DNA from: a virus
Lineage: Duplodnaviria > Caudoviricetes
IMG/VR virus record: IMGVR_UViG_3300042452_000781
Location: 582-64,581 of that record
Length of the DNA: 64,000 bases
Reading direction: 5' to 3' (one strand)
The position numbers were made by a program, and so were the translations under genes. The notes below the pieces were generated by a model. It was given only the letters and a program-made list of their open reading frames with translations. It was not told the DNA's origin and did not search any database. This document shows, one piece after another, positions 32,201 through 41,984 of this stretch (positions are counted from its first letter, which is position 1; each line of letters opens with the position of its first letter).

Positions 32201-35200
32201 AATACCTATGATTTTTAATGGTGATAAAATTATCAACAACATCTATAGATGCAAAAGTTCTAGGATTTATAAGAAGCCTTTGAGTTTCTTTACTATATAA
32301 AACCTTAATAATTTGGTCTTCTTGTGGTTGCACATCTACGATAATTTGGTCATTTGGGAGCAATTCCGAAACTGATTCAGTGAAAACTGAGACTAAATTT
32401 TTATCAACTTGACCGCTAGTTGATTCATAAGAGGTCAAAAGACTATGCTTCTTCCCTGTGCCGGTGTTGTTATAGTATAGAATTTTCGCAGCACTTGTAG
32501 TATTATATCCGACATAATTTCCAGTGGAACCTACTCCAACCTTTTCAGTGGAAAGGCCAACAAAATCGCCAGAATATGCCACCGCATATAATATTGAACC
32601 GTCTGCCAGTGGATAAGTTAAGGGGCCGCTCGTTACGCTAAAGGATGAGCCCCCATTGTTTTTATAGATTAACTCCTCTCCTGTTGTTAGTGCATGTTCA
32701 GGAATGTATATTGATCTTGTAGGGACATAAACACTCGTAGGGCCGATTCCTGGATTTGAAAAGAAGATCGTAGTTCCAATACCGACACCCACAGATTCTG
32801 TCGGGTTGAAGTAAATTTCTTTATTAATAGGAGAATTTGTAAATCCCTGTCTCCCTGTGGGTATGAAGAATTTTCTAGGAATTTCTACTATTTCTGTACC
32901 TGCAATATGAGAAGTTCCTAAAGTTCCTGCATATTGTCGCTCTACTAATAATCTTGAAGATTTCAGATCAACATTCAATACTTTTATCTTTTCATCTTCT
33001 ATTTGGAGTATATCATTTTCTCTAATATTTGGATAATTTAAATTTCCATATAGGTTAAGATATGTTATAGTTCCAGTAAAAAATGGAGCATCTAAGTTTG
33101 TATTTAATGTAAACTTTCGCCCTTCAACTGAGATTCTAAAGACTCTTTGTAACTGAGACTGATTGTGAGATAAATTTGAAATGCCTACTACATCATTATT
33201 TTGAAACAGGTGGGGCTCTTTGCAGAATCCTATAATTCCATATTGTGCATTTGGTGTAAATTCAACATCATAATATGAAGTGGAGGCAATGCTAATTGAG
33301 GAAACATTTTTCCCAATTATTGACGACACTTCTGCTGCCGCATTTATACCACCTGAAATATCACTATTGAATAATAATTTGTCTCCAATTTTATAATTAT
33401 CTCCACCCTCGGAAACTATAATCGCCTCAACCGAACCTGGAAGTATGCTCGTTATTGTTGAGGTTTGTTCATATTGGCTGAAAGGTTGAACGAGATATTT
33501 GTAGAAACTATTTTTGGAATTAAATGCAAACGGGGTTACATTTCTCAACCAACCAGTGCCATTTAAATCAATTAAATCTTGATTTGACGAGTAAATAAAA
33601 TTAAAATCTACAACTTTTGAATGGTATGTATTTCCTATAAAATATGGAAAGGCCGGCTTAAAATAATTTGCAAATGCCCCAACAGTTTCATATGCACTGT
33701 TAGAAATCGTTGAAAAATACGCATATGTTCCATTAGGAAATTCTGGTGTCACACAATAACGGCCATTGTGCTCATCTAAATCGCCTGTATTTTTGAATTG
33801 GTAATCGTCAACAAAAAATCCTTGGGGATATAGAGTTAGGTTCGGTCTGTTTGCGTCTATTACAATTTGATAAGAACTTTCTATACATTTTACGGCACCG
33901 CCTGTCTGTCTTTCATAACCATATGGTCCGTAAATTGGGCTTCCATCATATGCCCATCCTAAAATTGGGGAGTGAGAATCTGATACCTTTTCTGTTCCAT
34001 TTACGAACTGTAAATCAGGTTGATATGTTAAATTACCTGCAATATATTTCGATGCCGATAGGATTCCCCTCAACTTTCTTGGGGCATAACCATGAGTATA
34101 TTGTAACCCGTAGTCTGAATTTATACTCTTTGAGATAATTCCATCATCATCTACAATTTTATTTGTCTGAAATAGTCTTTCAATATTGTTAACAGTCCAT
34201 CTTTTTATATTGGCCCTAATTTTGGCACCATAACCGGCGGGGGTTACTGTTAAGTAAGTATTTCTTGGATCATAATCATAACCGGAATTGATAACTTTTA
34301 CTTCCTTTATCTCACCATTTTCAATAATGGGGGTTAATCTTGCACCTCTACCGGAACCAACAATAGTAATGTCTGGAGGAGAGTTGTATCCTACACCAGA
34401 ATTGATTACTAATACTTGGGTTATTTTCCCACCGGTTACAATTGCCTGTAATTGTGCCGATTCGCCACTCTTGAAGTTAATCGTTGGTTGCCTATTGTAA
34501 TTTAAAATGTCTTCTTGGCCATATTTTTTCCCGCCATTTTCAACTAATACTGAAGTAATTTCACCTCGGAAAATTGGCTGAATTTTGGCTGAAAAGTGAG
34601 TGCCAATTCCAGAAATTCCATCAATAGTTACAATAATAGGTTCATAGTTGAAATAATGTGTTCCAGTGCCTGAATTTGTAAGAGTTACGAATTGGCCAGT
34701 CTTAAAATAATAATCTGGAACCTTTGGTGCAACTTCTGACAATTTGAAGCTATTTTCATTTATTGCCGTAACGTAGTAACTCCTATTTGTGGCTAGTCCT
34801 GAAATTGGAGCGTCAGTATAACCTTCATAAACAATCAACTCACCAGTCTTAAAGTTATGCTCACCTTTATTGATTATATTTGTTTCAATACTAATTCCCC
34901 TATAGTCAACGGAAACTTTACGATTTTTATAGCCTTCTCCTGGATCAACTATATTAACGGATGAAACCTTTGTTTTAGGTGAAGCTGAAACGATTCTATG
35001 GTTAGCTATTCCACTTGGAATTAAGGTAATAGTGTTGATGCCCGAAATTGCATCAGAATAAATCTTATGCAATTTGATACTCTGGGCATCCACCGTAGAT
35101 GTAAAATATTGAGAATTTGTTGTTATACCAGTAACTTTGGTTAAACCATCTGGCTTGAAGATTACCTTTTCTGCATTGTTAAATCCGTGAAATGTACTAA

Positions 35201-37550
35201 ATCCGATGACATTATTTACAATTGAGGTAGACTCAAAACTAGCAGAGTGCTCAAAAAGACTAATTTCGGCCCTGGCCCTGGCATTTTTACCATTACCGCC
35301 TGAAATAGTGATGGATGGCTCAGAATTAAAATTAAGACCTGGATTTAAGATTCTAATTTCCTTTAAAGATCCGGTCACTTCACAGTTGGCTAGAGCCTCA
35401 GAACCCGTTTCATCGGTAATCTCAATTAGTGGGGGATTGATAACATCATAATCCGATCCAGGAGAGATGACGACAATGGAATCTATAGGTCCATAGAATA
35501 CAGCATCCTGTGATTTATAGTTTAAAATTTCAACACCGTTGTTCAGAATACCAGTATTTCCAATCGGCGTCGGTGTAGGTGTTACTGTTGGAATTGGTTT
35601 TGTGATTTTTCTGAAAAGCTTTTGATGGTTTAAAGTTTTACCGAAAAAATCATTATACGAAAGAGTGTTGTTCGTTACGGTTCCCCGAACACTAACGAAA
35701 ACCCCAGCTTTTAAATTTGTTCTACTTGTCGCTAATGATATGGAGTCTTTTGTGACTTTCTTGGCATAATAGATACCTTTTGCGATTCCGAGATTGCTAG
35801 AAGTATAATCGTAAATTACCACATCGCCAGTATAGAATCCATGATTTGTATAGTTTATTACGGTTCCATTAAAGGTGCCATTTAAAATAATCCCCCGAGC
35901 ATTTACTTCCAATGGCTCTTGAAAATAACCCGGAATGGATGGCGTGGAAACGTAATAGTTTTCAGAAGAATCAACATAAACATTTTGAACATTCGCCAGA
36001 TAATTGCTAACATCTGGAAAATTTGTGGCTGCTGCCCTAGTAATTTCTCTCTCAATATAGTCAATATTTGAGAAAACGAGTTCACCCTGCCCCTGGACAA
36101 TAAACGTATTGAAATTTATTTTAGAATAGATTGGGGTTCGTATAATTGTTCCATTTTTATAGAAAATTTTTATTATATCGCCAGCATTTAGGGAATTTTC
36201 ATCAATCGTTTTAACTTCATATTGTCCCGTTAGCGAATCCAATAGCCTTATTGATTCTAAAATGTAGCAGCTTGGAATATTGTATTGCCAAGTTTTTGAC
36301 CGAATATCATTACTCAATTTCCCTAAAGATTTTGGCCTTATATCATCCCCAACATTTAATTGGTAGGCATTAACGATTTCTTCAAAATCACCAATAACTC
36401 CAGTTACACGAACACTCACAACATCTGAGGTATTCTGGCCGCTGTAACCATATGCAAAGGCATTTACCGCAACTGTATCGCCGGCATTTAGATTAAATGA
36501 AATGCCAGAACATCCGAAAAACTGGTTTATAGATTTTGAGGTATAGTTTAGAACTGAATTGTCGCTCAATAGCAAAGAACCTGCCTGTGGAAATCCAACT
36601 GTAGAATCTACATCTAAGGTTGTGGAACCAATAGGCGCAGAGCTTGTCAGTTGAGTTTTAGGATGAATTGAAAATTCTCCGATTTCACTCGTATTTCGGT
36701 TAAAATCATAATCTAGACTAATAATATAGTAGGTTTTGTCTCCGCGATTTATTTTCTCTACCTTACTAATCGATCCAGTAGCTTTATTATAATACTCTGT
36801 TTCATCTTGAAATAATGTTCTGTTCTCCAGAAGAGTCGGGTCGCCAAAGATAGACTCAACAACTAAATCTTTTGATACTCTATATTCGGCATCAGATGGG
36901 GTAAAAAGATAATCCCTTGGCTTTAGTACTTGTACGGGTTCACCGTAAAGAGCCCCAAAAAGTATCTCAAATGCCTTATCTGTACCCTTGGTGGCATAGA
37001 AATCTTTTGACCTTTGAATGAAAGTTGTCTGGTTTAATTCATCAGTGAATTCTCTACCCTCAAACCCTGGAATAAGCTGCTTCTTGAGCTTTTCTAAGAA
37101 TCTGTTAAGGAAAAGAACGCTAAGATTTTCTACAATAGCATTGTCTAGATGACTAGAAGATTCTGTTGTTGAAAATTCTAAATTATAATTCGATGTACCA
37201 CAAAACCCTCTTACACAATCGTTGAAAGTCGTATCAGTTTTTGAAGTATATGTAATAATTTCGGAATCAATTTTTAATAGCCCATATGATTCTGGAAAAC
37301 CTTTAGTTGAGGTTACTGTAATAACGGTATCAGTAAATGAAATATCTGTAGTTAAGAATGATGATTGTATATTGTTTGTTAGATTTTCTAATTTTGTATA
37401 TTGATCAATATTAGGAATTAAATCAAACGGTCCACCTTTATATTCACCTGAAACAAAATATTGGCGCATAAAATCCACCAATAGTGGTGATTCTTCTCTT
37501 AGAAAAGAAGGAATCTGGCTTCCAACGATAGAGCTTATTTTAACTTTCAT
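26280..37550 (-). CDS. gp7: baseplate wedge initiator gp7-like giant protein (3756 aa)
   Basis: Position between gp6 and gp8; FY.TKGT, HSPILGWAYDG.PIYGPYG...DLDEHNGR (YHYH-like) and IQD..YYQ.F.Y..KS motifs; many G.GY..P repeats. Confidence 0.88.
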   Translation of the reverse strand: MKVKISSIVGSQIPSFLREESPLLVDFMRQYFVSGEYKGGPFDLIPNIDQYTKLENLTNNIQSSFLTTDISFTDTVITVTSTKGFPESYGLLKIDSEIITYTSKTDTTFNDCVRGFCGTSNYNLEFSTTESSSHLDNAIVENLSVLFLNRFLEKLKKQLIPGFEGREFTDELNQTTFIQRSKDFYATKGTDKAFEILFGALYGEPVQVLKPRDYLFTPSDAEYRVSKDLVVESIFGDPTLLENRTLFQDETEYYNKATGSISKVEKINRGDKTYYIISLDYDFNRNTSEIGEFSIHPKTQLTSSAPIGSTTLDVDSTVGFPQAGSLLLSDNSVLNYTSKSINQFFGCSGISFNLNAGDTVAVNAFAYGYSGQNTSDVVSVRVTGVIGDFEEIVNAYQLNVGDDIRPKSLGKLSNDIRSKTWQYNIPSCYILESIRLLDSLTGQYEVKTIDENSLNAGDIIKIFYKNGTIIRTPIYSKINFNTFIVQGQGELVFSNIDYIEREITRAAATNFPDVSNYLANVQNVYVDSSENYYVSTPSIPGYFQEPLEVNARGIILNGTFNGTVINYTNHGFYTGDVVIYDYTSSNLGIAKGIYYAKKVTKDSISLATSRTNLKAGVFVSVRGTVTNNTLSYNDFFGKTLNHQKLFRKITKPIPTVTPTPTPIGNTGILNNGVEILNYKSQDAVFYGPIDSIVVISPGSDYDVINPPLIEITDETGSEALANCEVTGSLKEIRILNPGLNFNSEPSITISGGNGKNARARAEISLFEHSASFESTSIVNNVIGFSTFHGFNNAEKVIFKPDGLTKVTGITTNSQYFTSTVDAQSIKLHKIYSDAISGINTITLIPSGIANHRIVSASPKTKVSSVNIVDPGEGYKNRKVSVDYRGISIETNIINKGEHNFKTGELIVYEGYTDAPISGLATNRSYYVTAINENSFKLSEVAPKVPDYYFKTGQFVTLTNSGTGTHYFNYEPIIVTIDGISGIGTHFSAKIQPIFRGEITSVLVENGGKKYGQEDILNYNRQPTINFKSGESAQLQAIVTGGKITQVLVINSGVGYNSPPDITIVGSGRGARLTPIIENGEIKEVKVINSGYDYDPRNTYLTVTPAGYGAKIRANIKRWTVNNIERLFQTNKIVDDDGIISKSINSDYGLQYTHGYAPRKLRGILSASKYIAGNLTYQPDLQFVNGTEKVSDSHSPILGWAYDGSPIYGPYGYERQTGGAVKCIESSYQIVIDANRPNLTLYPQGFFVDDYQFKNTGDLDEHNGRYCVTPEFPNGTYAYFSTISNSAYETVGAFANYFKPAFPYFIGNTYHSKVVDFNFIYSSNQDLIDLNGTGWLRNVTPFAFNSKNSFYKYLVQPFSQYEQTSTITSILPGSVEAIIVSEGGDNYKIGDKLLFNSDISGGINAAAEVSSIIGKNVSSISIASTSYYDVEFTPNAQYGIIGFCKEPHLFQNNDVVGISNLSHNQSQLQRVFRISVEGRKFTLNTNLDAPFFTGTITYLNLYGNLNYPNIRENDILQIEDEKIKVLNVDLKSSRLLVERQYAGTLGTSHIAGTEIVEIPRKFFIPTGRQGFTNSPINKEIYFNPTESVGVGIGTTIFFSNPGIGPTSVYVPTRSIYIPEHALTTGEELIYKNNGGSSFSVTSGPLTYPLADGSILYAVAYSGDFVGLSTEKVGVGSTGNYVGYNTTSAAKILYYNNTGTGKKHSLLTSYESTSGQVDKNLVSVFTESVSELLPNDQIIVDVQPQEDQIIKVLYSKETQRLLINPRTFASIDVVDNFITIKNHRYYSGKKIIYTSNSPTIGLENNGIYYTIVVNSDKIGLSRSYYGAVIAREFVELSGSTPGAFSEINPSIDVIGGNSIIFDLSDHSLSEFNGFETVSSFDFDIFTDYHFANKFYTTYETSTFNLTKNGKIGIDPVAKVTLTNDGNLPNELYYNLISKTGQTVYTDKEYNNNYNKINFVESSYSGSYVVSGVGTTAFSYTIPNIPEKSSYNGNVNYITNSSSATGPIDRITVTSGGGGYQFLPGISSVITKNGSNAIFEIVSSSIGRINSVKINDIGYDYPADLTLSPLTQTPLVLKVEPQTTLKSVGIASQGKNYIFPPSLVLLDGLTLKRVPDVDLRYELGDSDVTIFKNSRGINNVDPIIIPTNNSNGIQINSITYNFITKDVTVFLYQGYSNLSDFPFMVGDKVLIENVAIITDPGAKGYNSYSYEYSRFTITQINPNIGGSNGSITYSMADKLSAGEYPGIFNTSVLSGTVVPEKFFPQFTIDLTKNSFLKDEIVTSNNFTGIVQFWNEDNELLTLSSTDDLYPGALISGSDSLSLGTVSKIYNFKSKYNTNSSSIVKKGWNTEKGFFDNEFQRIQDGDYYQSFAYSLKSKIDYGTWKNPVSSLTHIAGFKKFGDFIVESTPSSGINTDQNDSLFNLNISSISEVDLNAIVDYDLGTENNFKVGTDLASNQIYFKNKILQDYSLVVGNRVLVIDDISPKFDGITRQFDLTSRNRNIFLRNFDGSSQSVVEIQNNIIKIPNHYFADGEKVTYSYSGGPIGIQSTNIAGIGVTDKLPSNLYVVKYSESEIALASSAENAIKSKPIPLILSSVGIGSTHILKSTNQNSKAIITLGGIIQSPIVATATSTTINSFVGLGSTTISFQGIGDFASGDYAKIDDEIVKVISVGIASTNSVAVNRAWVGTGIATHAANSTVYKIQGNYNIVDNTIHFVEPPKGPSPMGTVGGSPEDVDYVGITSFLNFNGRVFTRNGIKNTPNDAYYTNFVLDDISSGFNGISSTFTLKSNSQNITGIATDTGSILINEVFQVPSELTGFNRAYNSYTISQTAGISSIRFLGAPATQVNDVNGSGLPIGGVIVSIGYSRGYGIQPLVSAGGTANVSLAGTITSITINNAGSGYRSGLQTVMISAYSPIAGLSTFQNVGIASVLNGNVVSVNLTNPGAGFTFTNPPTIRFDAPLPYVNIPLLSSGIGTGARANLTVGINSSVVDVEIVNRGFGYKKGDILTVAIGGTVGIPSSLIPPPLVGSAITFTFTASGATYVPVPDLISNTRPMQFNPAGGAMNTGAIPNRRNFIYTGLVGNYAPVGNWIPLGQSTGVLGEQRFDYYFDTATSSSTGGTSGLAQVHNWANRFELIFGSFYLDGTESFCGVNNAVSLFTATNTGTAQYINESTSSTPGVSDGGNQNTLNSSTYNIVFGASNKLGTLRYSSFTNVKTDPLSRQSGGTITITTTEDDPPAGPQYSDFKILVDEIYNNEFSGWSFGQLQLIDSIEILFDGNRRSFPLKIDEELRSIRAGYNSLIDINTIFLVFINGILQIPGESYSITGSSFITFSEPPRENYSCAILFYRGSGSNDVIDVDVVETVKPGDLVRLEDDFYYAETDRLVTGVPSSDTVNTITYSGAGVAEDESYTRPIRWRKQTEDLFINQTEVTKNREIYEDIIEPTTNIIKTVGINTNILFVENVRTIFDDERENTVLDYRNKLRIVSQDEVRVAIATVTVSNLGSIVSATPIDGGKGYATSPAISFPIPVGFTTASRAYATAFISSGSISSITINSPGVGYTFTSLPQVMIENPKNIFEDVTAGNYTGDFGLISGIGTSSVGIASTALIFDLFIPQDSFLRNSNIVGTAITVSGIQTGYYFVVKNSHLGNGIKSLDENGSLISTGTTYLDNVYRVSSVSIASTVVSGIGTTSIARVITSVENNNIGIAATNFYGTYSWGRITIPDGVSSDKFTVYTNGISGINTSPIIKRINPLKYKNYT

Positions 37551-37553
37551 TTT

Positions 37554-39452
37554 TTATCGCGTTGAATTTCCATTTAGATAACTTGAAGATGTAATATAGC
37601 TTGAACCTGATATATCACCACCTGAAGATATATCATCTGAAACCATATTTATCGTAGAATAATTGAGATCCATTTGAAGATATAGGTCTTGTAAACCTAT
37701 AACATCGTTTGATTTCGGAATTACTGAAATTTCAATGATATTATTTTTAATGGTTGATAAAATATTTATTGAACTTATTTTAATCTCTCCTGTTGAGTAA
37801 TCAATGGTCCCAACATTATTTCTGATGACTAGTGGAGCATCTTTATTGGTGAATAGAAATAGCGTGCCCGTATATTCATCCGATGGTCTATCGGATATGT
37901 AAACGGTGTCGGAAATACCGCTGACCGTAAATCCAGACGACTTTATGTTGTAGCCATTGATATTTTTAATATGAAATGAATTTCCGAAGCAAGTTTCATA
38001 ATTTGCAAAAGTGTTCAGAACTACTCTTACATCCCGTCTTAATTGAATTTTTGTTATGTTAGATGTTACAGATGCATGACTGTCATCAATCAATTTTTGA
38101 AATCTACTATACTTAAATCTAGACCCAAATCCGTTTAGTTCATATGATTTTGAATAGCTCTGGATGTTATCCGATACTATACTTTTAACATATTCAGGGG
38201 ATGGAGCAAGATTTGGATTATAATATACGTTACTGAATATTTCAATAAAGAGATATTTTAGATCAATAATCTCGGGAACTATTCCGCTTACCGCATAATG
38301 CTTTAACTTATTTTTGAGATTATCTTTAATGCTATTTGGCACAAAATTACCATAAAATGGTTTGATAGTAATGAATACTTTACCATATTGAGGTGGTGAT
38401 AAAGTTTCTCCACCATATGCTGTCACACTTTCGGCCTCTGGATAAATTCTGGGGATGATAGCTTCATAATCCTCGGGAGTTACACACCTACCTTGAGCTG
38501 CATAGTTTTTAGGTGCAAGTTTTTTAATTGAATTGATAGATTCAATTTCTTTGCCGCCACTTGATGCAATGTTTGTCGTAATTACAGAAACACCAGATGT
38601 CACAGAACTGTTGTTATTATCTACAAGTCTCCCAATAAACGAAAAAGAAGATACACCATTAGCAGCAGAATCATTAGTTGTAACATAAGAAACCTCAATA
38701 TAATTTTGGCTGTTTAGGCTAACCCCAAATATACCATCTCCAAAAATGAGTTCATATCTTTGATCTTCAATTTCTTGAATGAAAAATATTTTTGAGGTAG
38801 AATTTACATTAAAAAGATTGTCGGCAAAAGTGAACTTATTTGAGGTTGATGTAGAGATACTATCTCTTACGGTTACTCTTATGGTTGAAGTATCAATTTT
38901 TGGATTATCTAAAATATATCTTTGTGGTGGTGCTGGATTCAAAGATTCAACGGTAAAGTTATTAATTACGAACGAACCCTCAATTATCTCGATAGACTCA
39001 AATAGTGCAATATCATTGACAACGGGTACTGTTATATCGTTGGCAACCGAAAAGGTATAAGATTCATTTCCGAACGCCAGAGAAGAGCACACCAGGCCCT
39101 TCTTTAGGGTCAATGAGATTGGCTTATTTGAAAAAGAGGAAGTATCAACAAAAAACGAAATATTAGCCCGCGCCGCTGTAGAACTCCTCGGCAAGTAGCC
39201 GATTTCTCTGGCAGCGGAAACGACATTTTCTCTTAAAGTCGCACTATCAAGAAATGCCTCATTGGAAAGCATATTTCCAATGAAGGCATTTGTGTATGTA
39301 TTATATGCAAGAACGTCTATAATTACCGATAGATTTGAACCCTCAAAATCATAATCGGTAAAGTTTGAATTAGACCTTAGATACTCTTTAAGAGCTACCC
39401 TAATCTGGTCGTAATCCAATGTGGTAAAGTTGACTATGGGTGATGTAGCCAT
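37554..39452 (-). CDS. gp6: baseplate wedge protein gp6
   Basis: FTDYDFEGSNLS, LAYNTY, FLDSATLRENVVS, FGDG.FG and AQGR.VT.EDY motifs. Confidence 0.95.
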   Translation of the reverse strand: MATSPIVNFTTLDYDQIRVALKEYLRSNSNFTDYDFEGSNLSVIIDVLAYNTYTNAFIGNMLSNEAFLDSATLRENVVSAAREIGYLPRSSTAARANISFFVDTSSFSNKPISLTLKKGLVCSSLAFGNESYTFSVANDITVPVVNDIALFESIEIIEGSFVINNFTVESLNPAPPQRYILDNPKIDTSTIRVTVRDSISTSTSNKFTFADNLFNVNSTSKIFFIQEIEDQRYELIFGDGIFGVSLNSQNYIEVSYVTTNDSAANGVSSFSFIGRLVDNNNSSVTSGVSVITTNIASSGGKEIESINSIKKLAPKNYAAQGRCVTPEDYEAIIPRIYPEAESVTAYGGETLSPPQYGKVFITIKPFYGNFVPNSIKDNLKNKLKHYAVSGIVPEIIDLKYLFIEIFSNVYYNPNLAPSPEYVKSIVSDNIQSYSKSYELNGFGSRFKYSRFQKLIDDSHASVTSNITKIQLRRDVRVVLNTFANYETCFGNSFHIKNINGYNIKSSGFTVSGISDTVYISDRPSDEYTGTLFLFTNKDAPLVIRNNVGTIDYSTGEIKISSINILSTIKNNIIEISVIPKSNDVIGLQDLYLQMDLNYSTINMVSDDISSGGDISGSSYITSSSYLNGNSTR

Positions 39453-39853
39453 TAACGTGTCGGCTGAAGAGCAAAGGATAATTGTTGAGGCTGGGCATCA
39501 ATTCCGATAATATTGTATCTTATGACAACATCGTAGGCATTTTCATCATAATTAGGATTTACGTCAACAGATGATAATGATACCCTGGGTTCATAGTTCC
39601 TGATTGTATTATCAATTTCACTTTGAATATTAGAGGCAGTTGAATCTGTTAGATTTTCAAATAAGCTTCTAGATACACTACAACCAAGATTACTTTGGAA
39701 AAATCTTTCACCTTGTAATGTATAGACTAAATTACGAATAGAGCGGGATATTGCTGTTTCATTTTTTAGAGCAATAATATCAAACGTTAAAGGGCTAACC
39801 TTAAAGGAAGAAGAAAGGTCTTTGAAAGATTGACTTATTCGCTCTAATGCCAT
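39452..39853 (-). CDS. gp25: baseplate wedge subunit gp25
   Basis: FKDLS.SF, AI.RSIRNLV.T..GER.F and NYEPRV motifs. Confidence 0.93.
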   Translation of the reverse strand: MALERISQSFKDLSSSFKVSPLTFDIIALKNETAISRSIRNLVYTLQGERFFQSNLGCSVSRSLFENLTDSTASNIQSEIDNTIRNYEPRVSLSSVDVNPNYDENAYDVVIRYNIIGIDAQPQQLSFALQPTR

Positions 39854-39883
39854 TATTATAAAACAATCGTTATAATCTATTTA

Positions 39884-40009
39884 TTAGCCAAGTAGAACTT
39901 TTTCTCTATCTTTAGTTTCTTTGCGTTCAAATAACTCTGTTTCTTCTTCTAGAGAAGATTCCATGAATTCTTCACTATCCACTTCTCGGATTAATTTTGG
40001 TTGTTCCAT
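39884..40009 (-). CDS. small acidic hypothetical protein
   Basis: Manual 41-aa ORF MEQPKLIREVDSEEF...EKVLLG, directly downstream of a late promoter box. Confidence 0.55.
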   Translation of the reverse strand: MEQPKLIREVDSEEFMESSLEEETELFERKETKDREKVLLG

Positions 40010-40031
40010 TGTATTATCAATTGACTGATCC

Positions 40032-40045
40032 TATTTAGCTAAATA
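40032..40045. promoter_or_regulatory. back-to-back late promoters (palindrome TATTTAGCTAAATA)
   Basis: CTAAATA on both strands at the strand switch, about 22 nt from the ATGs at 40009 (-) and 40067 (+). Confidence 0.7.
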
Positions 40046-40066
40046 ATGTTACATTGATAAACTAAA

Positions 40067-40726
40067 ATGGAAAGCGTAGATTTTAAGGGTTTGTATGAAT
40101 CTTATAGAAGTGTTTATAATGAAGAAGTAGAGGAGCTTGATGAGATGAAAGAGGGCTATACCGATCCAAAATTCAATAGAAAAGAATATTTAGCCAAACT
40201 CTCAAAACGGGGTGGCATGGGGATGGGCACGAAAGAAGATCCTCATGGTTATAGAGACCCTAAAATGGCTAAAGTTGGTGCAGAATTTGTAAAAAGGACA
40301 ACTGCACGATCCAAGTCAAAAAAGTCTGGAGAGCCTGATGAATATAAAACTGAAAAGGAATCACAATCAAAACTGAGATCTACCAATGAATCCACCGATC
40401 TATATGATCTAGTTCTAGAATATCTTCTTGATGAAGGTCTTTGCGAATCAGTTGAAAATGCTGAGATTATGATGGCTCATATGAGCGAGGGTTGGGTTGA
40501 TGCTATTGTTGAAGAAAAGAAAGTTGTGATGAGCGTCACTTCACCTACCGGGAAGAATCGGCAACTAAATACAACTCGCGCAACGAGTCCAGCAAAAAAT
40601 CTATCAGGTCAGGATCGCCTTGCTGCCGCGAAAGATTTGAGGCAGAAAAAAGTAGACAAGCGTGCGTACCAAATTAGCGCAAAACTAAAACGTAGGTATG
40701 GACTTAGAAGTAGTGATTTAGATTGA
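40067..40726 (+). CDS. putative internal head protein (paralogous LDYL..EG...MS..W...I.E family)
   Basis: Shares domains with 41985-42260 and 43599-43997; late promoter upstream. Confidence 0.7.
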   Translation: MESVDFKGLYESYRSVYNEEVEELDEMKEGYTDPKFNRKEYLAKLSKRGGMGMGTKEDPHGYRDPKMAKVGAEFVKRTTARSKSKKSGEPDEYKTEKESQSKLRSTNESTDLYDLVLEYLLDEGLCESVENAEIMMAHMSEGWVDAIVEEKKVVMSVTSPTGKNRQLNTTRATSPAKNLSGQDRLAAAKDLRQKKVDKRAYQISAKLKRRYGLRSSDLD

Positions 40727-40749
40727 GATTTTTAATTGTTGATTGCAGC

Positions 40750-40777
40750 AAAAAGCCCCCAAATCGGGGGCTTTTTT
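40750..40777. terminator. bidirectional intrinsic terminator
   Basis: aaaaagccccc-aaatc-gggggctttttt between convergent genes. Confidence 0.85.
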
Positions 40778-40781
40778 AATG

Positions 40782-40916
40782 TCAACCTTGACCTCGATAA
40801 CGCTTTCGGGCCTTATTTGAGCTAGTAGAAGCATATTTTGTATGCTTTCCATCGCCTTGTCTGGACTTCTTTGGTCTAGATTGAATGTCGCTTGAACTCT
40901 TTGTCTTTGCTGCCAT
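40782..40916 (-). CDS. small basic conserved cyanophage protein
   Basis: Manual ORF MAAKTKSSSDIQSRPKKSRQGDGKHTKYASTSSNKARKRYRGQG, with an AGGAG RBS. Confidence 0.75.
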   Translation of the reverse strand: MAAKTKSSSDIQSRPKKSRQGDGKHTKYASTSSNKARKRYRGQG

Positions 40917-40926
40917 GGTTTTTCTC

Positions 40927-41067
40927 CTAAACGTAATTAAAATCTACTTTGTCTTCGTCAATTTCGCCTTTATAGGCTTTTTCGGCTAATTCAACTAAAA
41001 TAACAAGAGATTCTTCTTCTGTTACTTGTTTATGAATTACTTTCCCGTCGTATAGAATGTTAATCAT
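40927..41067 (-). CDS. small hypothetical protein
   Basis: Manual 46-aa ORF MINILYDGKVIHKQVTEEESL..., packed between its neighbours. Confidence 0.6.
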   Translation of the reverse strand: MINILYDGKVIHKQVTEEESLVILVELAEKAYKGEIDEDKVDFNYV

Positions 41068-41069
41068 TT

Positions 41070-41906
41070 TCAAATTGCGAACGTCTTTTCGTGGCCAACT
41101 CTAATTCGTGGATCTACCCACACCGGAATCCCTTTTTCTTTTGCGGTCAAGCAGAAGCCAACGTCTTCACCGCAATAATCAACAATCTCACCATTATTAA
41201 AGGTCTGGAGCAACGGCGGCCACCAGGGATATTCCATACTCTCAAATACACCTTTTTGAACCATCAGCCAGCCCCCACCAACATAATCACAAGTAAATGG
41301 CTTCTTGCGCGATAGCATTGTTTCAATCTTTTCCATATTCATCATCCCTTTGTTCTTGACAAATTCATCTGATTCTAACCAAAATGCACAGGCAGTATGT
41401 TCACGATCCTCGGTTGAATACCAACCAGATGCAATTGCCCTAGTCTTAGATTGATCAATATGTTGATGTAATCCTAGTAGTTTACCATCATCATCTCGCA
41501 CCTCATCGTATGTAACCGCCTCATCTGGTAGAGCAAGATCACATAATTGCCAAAAATTCTCCGGTGTGAATGCAATATCGCTATCAATCCACATTTGATA
41601 ATCATATTCTATTTGGCCCTGCCAGGGAACCTGATGTGGACCAGCGAGTACATTAGCCCCGAGAACCTTACAACGAGCAAAATTTACCATACTGCTATAA
41701 TCTTGCTGAATATGCAATTGCATATTATTCTGGGCAATTTGAAAACACAACTGCACGAAATTTTTCAGAAAGTTATAAGAGCAACCTCTTCCAGGTAGAC
41801 ATAAAACTATAGATTTCCCCTGCATCTTTTGCTTGATCTTATTATAATCCCATTCAGGCTCAACTACAGTTGGTTGCCTCTCTTTAATTTGAAACCCCTT
41901 GGCCAT
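41070..41906 (-). CDS. glycosyltransferase-like (GT-A) conserved cyanophage protein
   Basis: Likely start MAKGF at 41906; LPGRGCSY, YDYQMWIDSDI (DxD), GEDVGFC and DPRIRVGHEK motifs. Confidence 0.75.
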   Translation of the reverse strand: MAKGFQIKERQPTVVEPEWDYNKIKQKMQGKSIVLCLPGRGCSYNFLKNFVQLCFQIAQNNMQLHIQQDYSSMVNFARCKVLGANVLAGPHQVPWQGQIEYDYQMWIDSDIAFTPENFWQLCDLALPDEAVTYDEVRDDDGKLLGLHQHIDQSKTRAIASGWYSTEDREHTACAFWLESDEFVKNKGMMNMEKIETMLSRKKPFTCDYVGGGWLMVQKGVFESMEYPWWPPLLQTFNNGEIVDYCGEDVGFCLTAKEKGIPVWVDPRIRVGHEKTFAI

Positions 41907-41984
41907 ATTGTTCGCTTTTGCAATAATGCGTCCTATATAGGTGCTCTCCAATCATAAATAATTTGAAGAACTAAGAGTGTTTGA

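Noticed and set aside
468-39060. Short plus-strand ORFs within the structural module
   Set aside because: They are antisense shadows of long conserved minus-strand genes and have no motifs or expression signals.
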